Positions 37,261 through 51,615 of a stretch of 64,000 bases of DNA are shown one piece after another. A program made the translations under genes and the position numbers. Location of the stretch: contig OZ024742.1 of the NCBI GenBank assembly GCA_964016885.1, forward strand, positions 313,720,001 to 313,784,000, given 5' to 3'. The notes beneath the pieces were generated by a model, which made no database searches, was not told the origin of the DNA, and saw only the letters and a list, made by a program, of their open reading frames with translations. This DNA is from Eledone cirrhosa. Taxonomy: Eukaryota. Position 1 is the stretch's first letter. Every line of letters begins with the position of its first letter.

Positions 37261-38317
37261 TTACTAGCACCAACACTACTGTTATTATTTATACTCTCTC
37301 TCTCCCTTACAACTAACACAAACCAAAGGAAGAACAACAGTAATAACAGGAAAAAAAAAACTAGATTTAATCTGATAGAGAAATAGGTTACAGAAATAAT
37401 TGAATTAGTATTGGAAGACATCACAGCTTGGCTTTATAATCTGAGATCGATCTGTTCTTGAAGATCAGAATCCCAAGTGAAATGTTTATATAGTTGCTTG
37501 TAAAATTGTCATTCAGATGTGGATCTTTGTAAGCCATCTTTCATTTCTGTGTTATGTTAAAATGGAAGCCATATTGAAGTATAAATGATAATTCCATTTC
37601 AACATTATCTGCTCTAATTTAGCTTATTACAATTTGCTATTAATTCCTACAGTTTCTTTTTTTGTTTGATTTGGTTGAGAGGACTCTGCAGTCATGTCAA
37701 AGATATGACAACCTCTCCAGTGTTAGTGCCATGTTAGAATACACCCAGTACTGGTAGCTAGATTTCCAGCTGTTGAAACCATGCCAAACAAGGGGTTGGG
37801 AGGACTCTTCAGTGTCAAGGATATGACAACCATCCTAGTGTTGCTGCCATGATGAAATGCACCCAGCACTCTATGTAAAGTGAAAGAAACCATTCCAAAG
37901 AAAGAGTTGAGAGGGCTCTTTAGCTGTGTCAAGGATATGACTACCTCCTTAGTTTTGGTGCTATGATAAAATGCATCCCATACACTCAGTAAAGTGGTTG
38001 GTGTTAATGGATATCAGCTACAGAAACCATACCAAAAAACGTCTGAAAGGACTCTTCATTCATGTCAAGGATATGACAACTATATATATGAAAATTGAAT
38101 TAGAAGATTTTGCTGTAACTTTGACTAAATAAAATAGTCTAATAATAACAGTCTAATAAAATAGTCTAATAATAATGAATAGAAAAAGATGGGCAAAAGA
38201 GTGCACACTTGCCCGGCAAACACGAGGTGGGAGTTCGAGCCCCATGTATGCCTTATATCTTCTAATTCAATTTTCGCATTCCCCATGGCATTTTCTAAAC
38301 GCACGTGCTATATATAT

Positions 38318-38366
<49 letters not shown>

Positions 38367-38738
38367 GTACACACACATATATGTATGTATATAAATGTAG
38401 AGAGACAGAAACACAACTTCCTGTATTGTTCCAGATGTGAGTGTTTATATGATATCAAAGTGCCTTTGAAGAGGATTCACAATATCGATTTTTGTGATAT
38501 CATCTTGCTGTAATCATAACAAACTAGGTCTTTAGAGGAAAGGATATGGAAATTGTAATATTGTTACCTTCAGCTCTAAATAACAATGATGTGATACCAT
38601 AAACTGGTTATCAATAGAAATCTAACCTCTATCATGGCTTCATCCCCAAAACTGTGTTTTCTTTACTTACACCAATTATATGTGTATATAGGTAAGACTT
38701 TTTATATCCCACATGGATATATATATATATATATATAT

Positions 38739-39350
38739 ATCATCATCATCATCGTTTTACGTCCATTCTTCCACACTAGCATGGGTTAGACGGGTTGTCC
38801 TGTTGTAGGCAATGCCAGGTCAGGTGACCATGTCTTGCTCATACAGAACTGATTATGGCATAATTTCTACAGCTGGATGCCCTTCTTAACACCAACCTCA
38901 TTTACAGTGAGTATTGGGTGCTTTTTTTCCATGGTATCTACACGACCACTTAACAGTGGGAGTTGGGTGGGGACATACTGTCTATATGCTTCAGCTTGTT
39001 CCCGTGGAAAGTCGGGTCTTCTGTATTACTGTGTAACGCCAGAGTTCTTGGTTCTGTGTCATCCTTTGAGAGGTGTAATTGGGCAAGTTCAGCTTTAATC
39101 ACCTCATCACGGGTCTTCTTATGTCACCCCCACTGCAAGGCTTCCATCGACTTTTAGTGCTTTGCACCTTTTTATGCAGCTTCCATCCTTCAAACACATC
39201 GCATGTCCATACCAAAGTAATCTCTCCTGAAAACAGCATTTGATTCCTGTTATGCTTAGTCTCTCTCTCAATTCGTTTATGCTTTGCCGTTCACATATAT
39301 TACTATTACACATCCTTCGAGGCATGCAAGCTTTGTTTCTTTCTAATCCA
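38739..39350 (-). mobile_element. Diverged RTE-A 3' fragment
   Basis: Reverse strand [22 protein letters not shown] plus 3' UTR and (ATC)n. Confidence 0.88.
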
Positions 39351-39355
39351 CACAA

Positions 39356-39415
<60 letters not shown>

Positions 39416-39624
39416 TTAAGGTGGTGAATTGGCAGTCCATAGAGCCATTAGATGTGAATAAAGTACCAGTCCAATACTGGGATCGATTATTCCCCCACCT
39501 CTTTCTCTCTCAGGAAGAAATTGGCTGTATTCAGATGGGCTCCATCAGGTTTAAATGTTCAAGACTTGCAATATGCTACAATGGTACACCTACAACTACA
39601 TCAGAATAACAACACAATCAGTAC

Positions 39625-39669
<45 letters not shown>

Positions 39670-39672
<3 letters not shown>

Positions 39673-39866
39673 ACAAAGGAATTGTGGTAAGGAACCAGAT
39701 GGACCATACCGCACCAGAGTACTCAATACTTAGGGTAGTAGAGTGGGAAATAGGAAAAAGTATGACCCCGACGGCAGAGCTCAAGCCGTTTCGACGGCTA
39801 TTTCTGGACCGAAATAGCCGTCGAAATGGCTTGAGCTCTGCCGTCGGGGTCATACTTTTTCCTATA
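39670..39866 (-). mobile_element. Naiad-related pLTR end with 55-bp fold-back (39750-39804 / 39811-39865)
   Basis: Homologous to 54925-55064; 6-nt loop TGGACC; TA flanks. Confidence 0.88.
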
Positions 39867-40090
39867 TATATATTTATATATATATATACATGCACTGTTC
39901 TCTCCCTTCTTTGTAAATTGATGCACTTAGGATACTTTTCATCTATATTTGTGTAACTTGTCTTTACCTGTTTTCTTATGTCCCAATGTGCACTGGAATG
40001 AATGGTATCAACCTTAATGGACCAAAACTATTGGGATTTCCAGATGTTGATTGGGACTGTTCATTTTTCCATTGTGCACCCCTATCTTGA

Positions 40091-40123
<33 letters not shown>

Positions 40124-42304
40124 CTATTTTATATGCTAGCATATATACACATATTTATATACTAGTGTTGGTGATTACATGATAAGCACACCCAGTACAC
40201 TCTGTAAAGTTGATGGTGATAGAAAGGCATTCAGTTGTAGAAAAGCTGCCAAACAACAGGTTGGGAAGATTTATTAGAAATAAATTACTCATTTCTGACC
40301 ACAGAGGAAATAGTAGTTGATAGCTATTTATATTGTTTTCACAATGAGACAGAACTAATGCTTGTGTGTGTCTGTATGCATATGTATGTATGTATGTGTA
40401 GGGCATATATTATTAAAGAATATTATTTGAGAGGGCTCTTCATCTATGTCAAGACCATCATAACCTCACCAGTATTGGTGCCACAAAAAAATGCCTCCAT
40501 TACACATTGTAAAGTGGTTGGTGTCAGGAAGGGCATCCAGTTATAGAAACCATGCTAAAATAGACCATATTGGAGCAAAACATGGTCCTCCAACTTGCAT
40601 ATGTAGACAGTAGCTTAGATTAAGTACTGACTTGGTCTGTAATGATCCGTCCAAATCACAACAGCATAGAAAATTGGATGTATTGTGATGATGTTAATGA
40701 AGATCTAACCAAATACAATGTTAGATCTTGTGAATTTGCTGACCTTGTTAATGGCAAAATCTGATTGGCTAATGTTCAGTGCCCAATATCTCTTATGTTG
40801 TGGACTTTATAGAAAGAGAAGAGAATGTAGAAGAAAACTAGATTTGATGTTACATTTGACATGTTGATCAGGCATCCAGTTAGTGTTAGTGTTGTTCCTG
40901 CACAGGAATATTGCAGTTGTGTTAAGATATGAATCACCTTTCAACTTTGGTAACATTATACTTCTCTATAATACTTTGGATAGTGTTTTGGTTTAGAAGA
41001 TTATTTGATCTTCCAACCTTATCAACTTGACTGTCATTTACCATTATTTCTCACATGTGTGTGTATAACTACATGTTTTCTTTCTCTGCTGTATATAAAG
41101 CTTGAAGATGTCCTTGGGCCTAATAGCTGATTTCTTCAAAATATGTAATTTTCTTACTGCATCTTAACTGAATACTTGCCAGTTGCAGATCCAGTTTGAC
41201 ACCAATGACGTTATCTGTAATTCTGAAAGTTGGGAGATCAGTGTGAATATGACTCCAGGTTTTCTATATTATCAATAAGTCATTGGACGAATCTTAAGAC
41301 TATTCATTTCTCCACTTCTGTCCAAAAATAAACTAACACAATTCAAATTTCTTAGTATCCTTTAATCCTTTTGATACTAAATCACATGAAACCACCCACG
41401 ATTCGACAATACTAAGCTGTTTATTTCAAAATGTTTATATTAATTTAAAAGCCTTCCATCATAATTTTATGTGACAACATATTTTAAGTTATACACCAAA
41501 CAACAGCTTAATAATGGGAAAGTTATAGTTGTAAATCATTGCAAATCCTTGAATATTTTCAAAATTAATTGAAAATTCTTGGTAGTATCTTTTATTAGAA
41601 ATATGCTAATGAATGGGTTAAATGGAATTATATCTTTTGTGGCCATATTTCTAATGGAATGCACTACTGATGTGTTTCAGTTAATTTTGAAAATATCCAA
41701 GAATTGAAAGGCAAGAATTGAAATAAACAAAACTTAACAAAAGATTCTTACAAAAATCACGGTAGAGAGATTTGATTGAAATATCAGCACTTTAAAGCAA
41801 TCAGTTTCATATCTTAGAACAGAAACAGTCTTAGATGAGTTGATATTAAAATGGTTGAAAGATTGTGCAGTGGCTCCTCCTCTTAAAAGTACATTGTTGT
41901 TGTGTAACCTCAAGTTAATCTTGGTTGAGCAGAATTATGATCAAAGGCATTTAAGCTGTGATTCTTCTATCTTCCTAGGGGTCTCAATGACTATATTATC
42001 TAATGTTCTTTCCTTTTTTTTAAGATGGTAGGGTGTAATTTGAAGATCTAAGTTGCTATTTCTAGCAGGTCGAATAACTGCATAGAGGCATCCTTATTAG
42101 GTTAAATAGGAAGTATGTATTACACATCAGTCAGTCTATATTGGCAAACAATAAAGGAGTGTATATACTTGACAGAATGTATAAACACTATTTTGATAGA
42201 GCAAAGTGTAATAGAGACAGAAAGAGGATTCAAACCCCTTGTATCTATCATATCTGTTACTCTTTTCTGTTTAAAATTGATACTTACCCTGTCTAATGCC
42301 ATCT

Positions 42305-42486
42305 ATAATTGTTTCTACTCTTGGCACAAGGCCAGCAATTACCCAGTGCATTACTGGTACTTTATTTTATCGACTCCGTAAGGATGAAAGGCAAAGTTAA
42401 CCTCAAACAGGATTTGAACTCAGATCGTAAAGGGAAGTAACTATGCTGGAAAGCATGGCGTCGGACCCTCTACCGATACTGCCAAT
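42305..42486 (-). mobile_element. SINE family M (also 44823-45014 and 62162-62339)
   Basis: Consensus match. Confidence 0.85.
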
Positions 42487-42767
42487 AATATTCGGATTGT
42501 TACAACATTCATGTGTCAGGGTGTTAAATTTTTGTCCCTTTGATACTAACCTGTCTAAAACAGTTCTATTTAACAAAAATCACATATTTTAAAAAGTTCC
42601 TATTTAAATTCAGATTTCCCCACATTATATATATCTATCATCATCATCATCGTTTAACGTCTATCTTCCACGCTAGCATGGGTTTAGACGGAATTGTCCC
42701 ACTTGAGGGGACTGTCTGGCAGGTTTTCTACGGCTGGATGCCCTTCCTAACACCAACCACGTTTACA

Positions 42768-42804
<37 letters not shown>

Positions 42805-42809
<5 letters not shown>

Positions 42810-43165
42810 TAAAAGGACAATTTGTTATGTCTTCATTACGTTTATTGAGTAGTGATGTATGTTTCGCTATTGATCAGCTCAAGGTTCAATCTGTATCGAC
42901 CTAGCCCAACTCTGGAATCAAAAGCTCGTTGGACCTCTGCTGTGGTAATGATAGAGTCAGGCTAGATTGATACAGATCGAACCTTCAGCTGATTAATAGA
43001 GAAACGCGTGTCACTACTCAATAAATGTAATGAAGACATAACAAATCGTCCTTTTATTATTATAATTACACTCTGCTTAGTTCGACACCTCGTTACAGAT
43101 GGAAAACTATGCATCGAGTGCTCACTCAGGAACCTACAGTAACTGCATGTTACATTCCCTGTGTA
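42805..43165 (+). mobile_element. PLE-like fold-back (arms 42805-42913 / 42953-43061) plus unique tail
   Basis: ~109-bp diverged inverted arms, GAAACGCGTGTC stem III-like motif, TCGAGTGCT in tail, TA flanks. Confidence 0.7.
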
Positions 43166-43170
43166 TATAT

Positions 43171-43228
43171 ATAGAGGGTGTGGTAAGATACCAGGTGGAC
43201 CATAATGCACCAGAGTACTCAATACTTT
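43171..43228 (-). mobile_element. Naiad-related pLTR extreme 3' fragment
   Basis: Reverse complement of AAGTATTGAGTACT..GGTCCACC..TACCAC. Confidence 0.75.
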
Positions 43229-45454
43229 GTTATTATGTTAAAGAATATTGTTTTAATCATGAAATAATTAATATATTTGGTAAATCCTACCAAATTAATT
43301 GAAATTCAGTGTATTTCATTACAACTATGGTCACAATAGGGTTAAACAACATTAACAAAATCAAAGTCATAATCACCCATGCTAGCGTGGAAAATGGATG
43401 TTAAACGATGATAAACAATGATGAAATAAGTTTGAGAGAAACGTTTGAAACAATTTTAACTATGGAATTAAATTGAAAACATAATCGAAATCTTTAACCT
43501 TTTTATTACCATATTTCTAATAAAAGATACTGTCTATGTTTTTCATATAATTTTGAAAATATTCAAGGATTTTGATGGATTTAGTAATTCAACTAACCTT
43601 CTCATTATTAAATTGGGATTTGAAACATTACAAAGGTTCTTAAGTAAAATTATGATAGAAGGTTTTTAGATAAATATAAACACTGTAAAGTATAGTTTCA
43701 TCTTGTAGAACCAACAGTGGTTTCAGGTGGTTTGATATAAAAAGGATTAACATGGTGGAATAAAGTTACAACGATTTATAAATTTAGGCATGAAAATAGA
43801 AATAAGAAAATTTATTAAAATGTGGAATTTCCACTTGTCTTGCTAGCTAGTTCACATTAACATCTCTGCCATTAATTTCATACTTCAAAAATCTGGTCTT
43901 GATATAGACAAGTATAAATGTCTTGCTTGATTGATTTCTTCCAATCTATTCCTTGGAACTTCTACAAGATTTACTCAATACCAGACAGTATAGAAATCAG
44001 AACAGTCCAAATATATATGGAATGAACTACTATTAGCAATCAGGAAATCTCTCAGACAATTACAAACTTCAAAAAGAAGCTAATGAATATTATTTGCTAA
44101 ACCTGAAATAATATATACTCTTCACATAAAATGTATAGCAATCGAGAATCATCATCATCATCATTCCGCCACTACATTCTTCTTCTTCTTCTTTTTCTTT
44201 TTCTTTTTCTTTTTTTTCTTTTTCTTTGTTTTCTTATTCTTTCTTTTTCTTTTTTTTCTTTTTCTTTGTTTTCTTTTTCTTTGTTTTCTTATTTTTTCTT
44301 TTTCTTTTTCTTCCTTTTCTTCTCCCCCCCCTCCTCCTCCTCAACGTACTTTACCCCTAAGACATGAACAATGTCTAGTATTTTGTTCTTCACACATACA
44401 CACACACACGCACGCATGCACGCACGCGCACACAAAATAATAATGATTCAATTTCTTTTGTAAGAATGATATCTGATTTCTCTGTAAGCTATTGCTTTAT
44501 TGACAAATAAGTCCCAACTGAATTTTTACCATTTACCACATTGCAGTGCTTCTGCTGTTTGACTATTGAGTAATTGTTGTATTATTTAATGTTTTGAACA
44601 AATTAAATTTGATGATGGTTTTAGGAATTGCATCTGCAATGACAAAATTGACGACTTACCATTCACAGTGGCCATCTCCATCCATATACTTTGTTGTTGC
44701 TATGGCAGTACATCTACTGGATTGTTGATGTCTTTTATTCACTGAAACTGATAATGAGATGACATCAATCTCAGTCTTCAGTTCAGTATTCTTGATGAGT
44801 GCTTTTCCTTTTCATTAAAGAGTAATAATTGTTTCTACTTTTGTCACAATGCCAGCGATTACCCCAGTGCACCACTGGTACTTTATTTTATCGACCTCGT
44901 AAGGATGAACAGCAAAGTTAATCTCGGCAGATTTGAACTCAGAACATAAAGGGCCATGACTATGCTGCAAAGCATGGTGTCTGATGCTCTACCGATACTG
45001 CCAAACCACCGCCTTAAAAAGTAATAGTGTTGGTTGATTGATACTGAGGATGAATACTTGAAATTTTTCAATTTTCACATGCCCATACTACAGCAAAACT
45101 TTCCATTCTTTTTCCTGTTTGACAGTAGCATTATTCAATGTTTTAAACCTTTAGCATTTACATTACTCTATATTAACTATTATATTTTCTCAGTAAACAC
45201 TTTATTTCACATAATTATCTCACATAATATCGAATCTAGGAGATTATGATGTTATTTAATTTGAGAACAATACCTTAACATCAGTATGAGTGGCTAGTTA
45301 CTGCCAGTTTGAACAGAAAGAAGTGAGAAAATTCTGGCTGGATATGACTGGTTTAAATGCTAAAGGGTTAAAGTGTTTTGAATAGATAGGAAATAACAAG
45401 TCATTCACCTTTGGTGTCATGTAATACCAAGCTGGATATGTATATATATATACA

Positions 45455-45505
<51 letters not shown>

Positions 45506-45663
45506 GTATATATATATACACACAAACTACTATAATGTAATTTAATGCAACTGAAGCTAGTATTCAACATTATAAAGTGTTATCTTCTCACTTGGAATAT
45601 CATGAGATATATTACTTGACAGTGTTAAAGCTAGTATTATGTAAGTTGAAAGGCAGCAAAAGA

Positions 45664-45711
45664 GGGTAGTGAAACTGCTACTCAATTCCTTGAGTAGCAG
45701 TTTCACTACCC
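45664..45711. repeat. Perfect 22-bp hairpin with 4-nt loop
   Basis: GGGTAGTGAAACTGCTACTCAA-TTCC-TTGAGTAGCAGTTTCACTACCC. Confidence 0.95.
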
Positions 45712-46774
45712 ACTTTGGGCTCAGGTAACAGTATCTGTAAAATATTAGAAGCCAGCATTAGATCAGTTAATGATTCATCAAAAAGTTTGTCTACATTTCT
45801 GTTGTTAGCTCATGTCACGCGCAGACACACACACAGAGAGAGAGAGAGGGACAAACAGAGAGAGAGAGAGAGAGAGATACACTCTTCTTTTTCTCATATA
45901 CTCACACACATATATATAGATCCACATAGAGAATGGATATCAGGTTTAAGTTACTTGGTGTGAATATCACATTTTTGCAAGTTAGAAATCACAAAGAATC
46001 CATTGTTATGGCCTGTTGGGAAAGTCACATACATCATTCTGCTTCACTTAGTTTGCCTCACTGAGCAAAATAGATTGCATTCCCACTTCACATAGGGTAG
46101 GGCATCCAATTGTAAAACATATTTGATAAAGGAAAGAAAAAATACACTGAAGAACTTCCTCAGGTATTGGTTTGGTCAGATGGAAGTAACACTATAATAA
46201 TAGTAGTTATATGTGCATACATTCATTCATATATAAATGTGTGCGTGTGTGTGTATATACACATGTACTTGTACACACGCACACACATATATATATATAT
46301 ATATATAAAATATTAAACAAATAATGAATAAACAATTCCTTATATTAAACAAAAAAAGTTCATTATTTAACGATCGTTTCTAGGATATATATGTGTTAGG
46401 ATATATATGTGATCGTTTCTAGGATATATATATATGATTTTTCATTACATCTCTTCTTTCCATGATATCCGGAATACATTGAGTTCTTCATACGGATTGG
46501 ACACTACCGTAAACTCTTGGTAGATTTATCTACATATATATATATATATTTATATATAACCCTAACCATAACCGTCTAACCCATGCTAGCGTGGGAAATG
46601 GACGTTAAACGAAGATGATGATGATGATATGAGTATTTTTATATATAAACGTTATGCAAGCACACAATTTTTGTGTGTATATATATATACATATGCACAT
46701 GTCCATATGTATATACATGAGTGTATTTTTATTTATAAATGTATCTATGCATATGTGTGTATGCATATTTGTTA

Positions 46775-48490
<1,716 letters not shown>

Positions 48491-49039
48491 ATGAGTATAG
48501 ATATCTACGAATGCACACACACACACATTTTTGTGTATATATATACACACACATGTATATATATACACATACACACATACATAAATATAATATATATATA
48601 TGTGTGTGTGTATACACATTATTTTATGTATATATTCTTAGTTATCATGAATACTCCTGACAAATCTATAAAGATAAATAGCCACTGGGGTCTGTAATCA
48701 GCAAGGATCAAAGGGACATTGTTGATATTCCAACATTGATGCTTAGTGTTTAATAATTATTGATCTAAATATTCTGCATGTTTAGATTGGCAAAGTTCTA
48801 TGGGATCTTATAATATGTAATAAATGGTTTAACATCAAAGTTTTGTAACAGTGGCAGATTTTATATCAGTTTTTAATGGCATGTAATCAGTTTGTGAGAC
48901 TATCACATGCACACATACACATGCATAGATATTCATATATATATATGTATGTATGTATGTATCTCACTATAAAAGCTTCACGACACAGGCATTGCTTTAT
49001 ATCTGGAGATCTCTCTGCACTTGTCTTCACATGGTACCA

Positions 49040-49293
49040 TGGGCCCAGCACTATGTGTCAATAATTGTCACAAGTGTAGTGTTTGTACCAGAGTTTTCAA
49101 GTCACTGGCTGGACTAAAAAGTCACTCGTTCAGCGCATCGGTAGGGGTTCTCTTACATGGATATAAAGTAGTGGCCGTACTCGAAAACGAGTTGGCAGGC
49201 ACCATGTATGTATGTATGTATGTATGTATGTATGTATGTATGTATGTATGTATGTATGTATGTATGTATGTATGTATGTATGTATGTATGTAT
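49040..49293 (+). mobile_element. RTE/BovB-like 3' end with C2H2 finger and (TATG)n tail
   Basis: HKCSVCTRVFKSLAGLKSH followed by a short UTR and TATG repeats. Confidence 0.6.
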
Positions 49294-49515
49294 GTTCTTC
49301 TGGTTTTATAATTTCACAAAGTTTTACCAATAGAGAGAGAGAGTTGGTTTCTAACATAGACACATGACTCTCTCATTAGAATGTTCACAACATCAACTAG
49401 GTAGATGTGTATGTATGCATGCATGTGTAGATATCGATGTTATTGTATGTGTGGATGTGTATGTTTTGAGTTGTATGTGTGCATGTGTATATGCTTTGTA
49501 TCTGTGTATATGCAG

Positions 49516-49833
49516 TTATTAGATGCAACATTTTTGGAATGTTTTACATATTTTTACTGTTTCATTAATGGATTGTACTTGTAATTTCCTAACTAGTTGT
49601 GTTCTTTCTGTTCCTGTGAAGCCTAGCTTCTCAAGATTTGTATTGAGGCAGTTACTAACATATCCCAGTGCCCCAATAATCACAGGCATAAATCTGAAGG
49701 TGTAATCAGGGTGGAGTATCTGCAGATTTCTCATCAGTTCTGCATAAATATTCTCCTTTTCACTAATCTTTGATATTATATTGGTATCTGCTGGGCAGCT
49801 AATTTCCACTACTGTGCATGTTTTCTTTTCCCT
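49516..49833 (-). mobile_element. R4/Dong-like non-LTR 3' fragment (restriction-like endonuclease region)
   Basis: [32 protein letters not shown]. Confidence 0.72.
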
Positions 49834-50180
49834 GTATGTATGTATGTATGTATCTATATATGTATGTATGTATATATGTATGTATGTATATGTATATATG
49901 TATGTATGTACATATGTATATATGTATGTATATATGTATGTATATATGTATATATACATGTATATATGTATATATATATGTATAAATACATGTATATATG
50001 TATATATATATGTATATATGCTATGAATATATGTATATATACATGTATATATGTATATATATATGTATATATGCTATGAATATATGTATATATATATGTA
50101 TATATGTATATATATATGTATATATGCTATGTATACATACATATATCATATATAATGTATACATACATATATCATATATA

Positions 50181-51177
50181 TAATTAAGAATGTAGGCTTT
50201 ACATGCAGCAGCTGTGCTGGGACAGCAAGCAGCAAACAGCCACAGGAAACAAGTACCACCAATCTCTGGGAGGGCTCTGTAGAAACAGTAGACAGCTTCT
50301 GCTACCTAGGTGACCAAATTAGCAACGGAGGTGGGTGTTCAAAAAGTACAATAACTAGGGTAAGAACGGGATGGAAGAAATTTAGGGAACTACTACCACT
50401 GCTAGCTGCAAAAGGCTTCTCCCTCAGAATGAAAGGCAGACTGTATGATGCGTGTATCCGAACAACAATGTTGCATGGTAGTGAGACCTGGGCGCTGAAG
50501 GTGGAAGACTTACGTAGATTAGAGAGAAACGAAGCCTGCATGCTCCGATGGATGTGTAACAGTAATATACGTGAACGACAAAGCATAAATGAATTGAGAG
50601 AGAGACTGAGCATAAGAGGAATCAAATGCTGTGTGCAGGAGAGGCGGTTGCGCTGGTATGGACATGTGATGCGTATGAAGGATGACAGCTGCATAAAAAG
50701 GTGCAGAGCACTAGAAGTCAATGGAAACCGCGGAGTGGGGAGACCCAAGATGACCTGGGATGAGGTGATAAAAGCCGACCTTACCCAATTACACCTCTCA
50801 AAGGCAATGACACACGACCGTGACCTCTGGCGTCACGCAGTAATACAGAGTACCCGAACTCCCATGGGTACAAGCTGAAGCATATAGACAATATGCCCCC
50901 AAACCCCCCACCGCAAGGTGGTCATGGAGGTGCCACGGCAAAAAAGCACCCAGCCCACACTGTAAAGTGGACGTGTAGGCGCCACGAAAAAGCACCCAGC
51001 ACTCACTGTAAATGAGGTTGGTGTTAGGAAGGGCATCCAGCTGTAGAAATCAAGCTAAATCAGTTCCTGTATGAGCAAGGCATGGTCAGCCGACCAGAAA
51101 CTGCCCACAACAGGACAACCCGTCTAACCCATGCTAGTGTGGAAGAACGGACGTAAAACGGTGATGATGATGATGAT
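50181..51177 (+). mobile_element. 5'-truncated RTE subfamily A
   Basis: Near-identical to 11484-12481. Confidence 0.94.
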
Positions 51178-51306
51178 ATGTACATATATATATATGGTAT
51201 GTATACATATATATACATATGTATGTATACATACATATGTATGTATATATACACATATGTATGTATACATGTATATATGTATGTATACATGTATATATAT
51301 ATATGT

Positions 51307-51354
<48 letters not shown>

Positions 51355-51389
51355 GTATATATATGTATATATATATGTATATATATATG

Positions 51390-51540
<151 letters not shown>

Positions 51541-51566
51541 ACATGTATATATATATATATATATGT

Positions 51567-51612
<46 letters not shown>

Positions 51613-51615
<3 letters not shown>

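Larger units (their letters stand above)
40700..45140 (-). mobile_element. Fragmented ancient Gypsy-type pol remnants, interrupted by MITEs, SINEs and PLE pieces
   Basis: Reverse-strand peptides in expected order: EKE..AVVWACE.F (~45060-45120), NPVDVL and VVNFVIADAIPK (~44610-44730), weak integrase-like pieces (~40950-41330). Confidence 0.45.

Noticed and set aside
42930-43020. Complete hammerhead in the 42805-43061 palindrome
   Set aside because: Only the GAAACGCGTGTC half is recognisable; no convincing CUGANGA in register.
44655-44805. Minus-strand exon ending ATG|GTAAGT (nested antisense gene)
   Set aside because: No good acceptor, and the sequence across the supposed donor continues as a Gypsy-like peptide (VVNFVIADAIPK).
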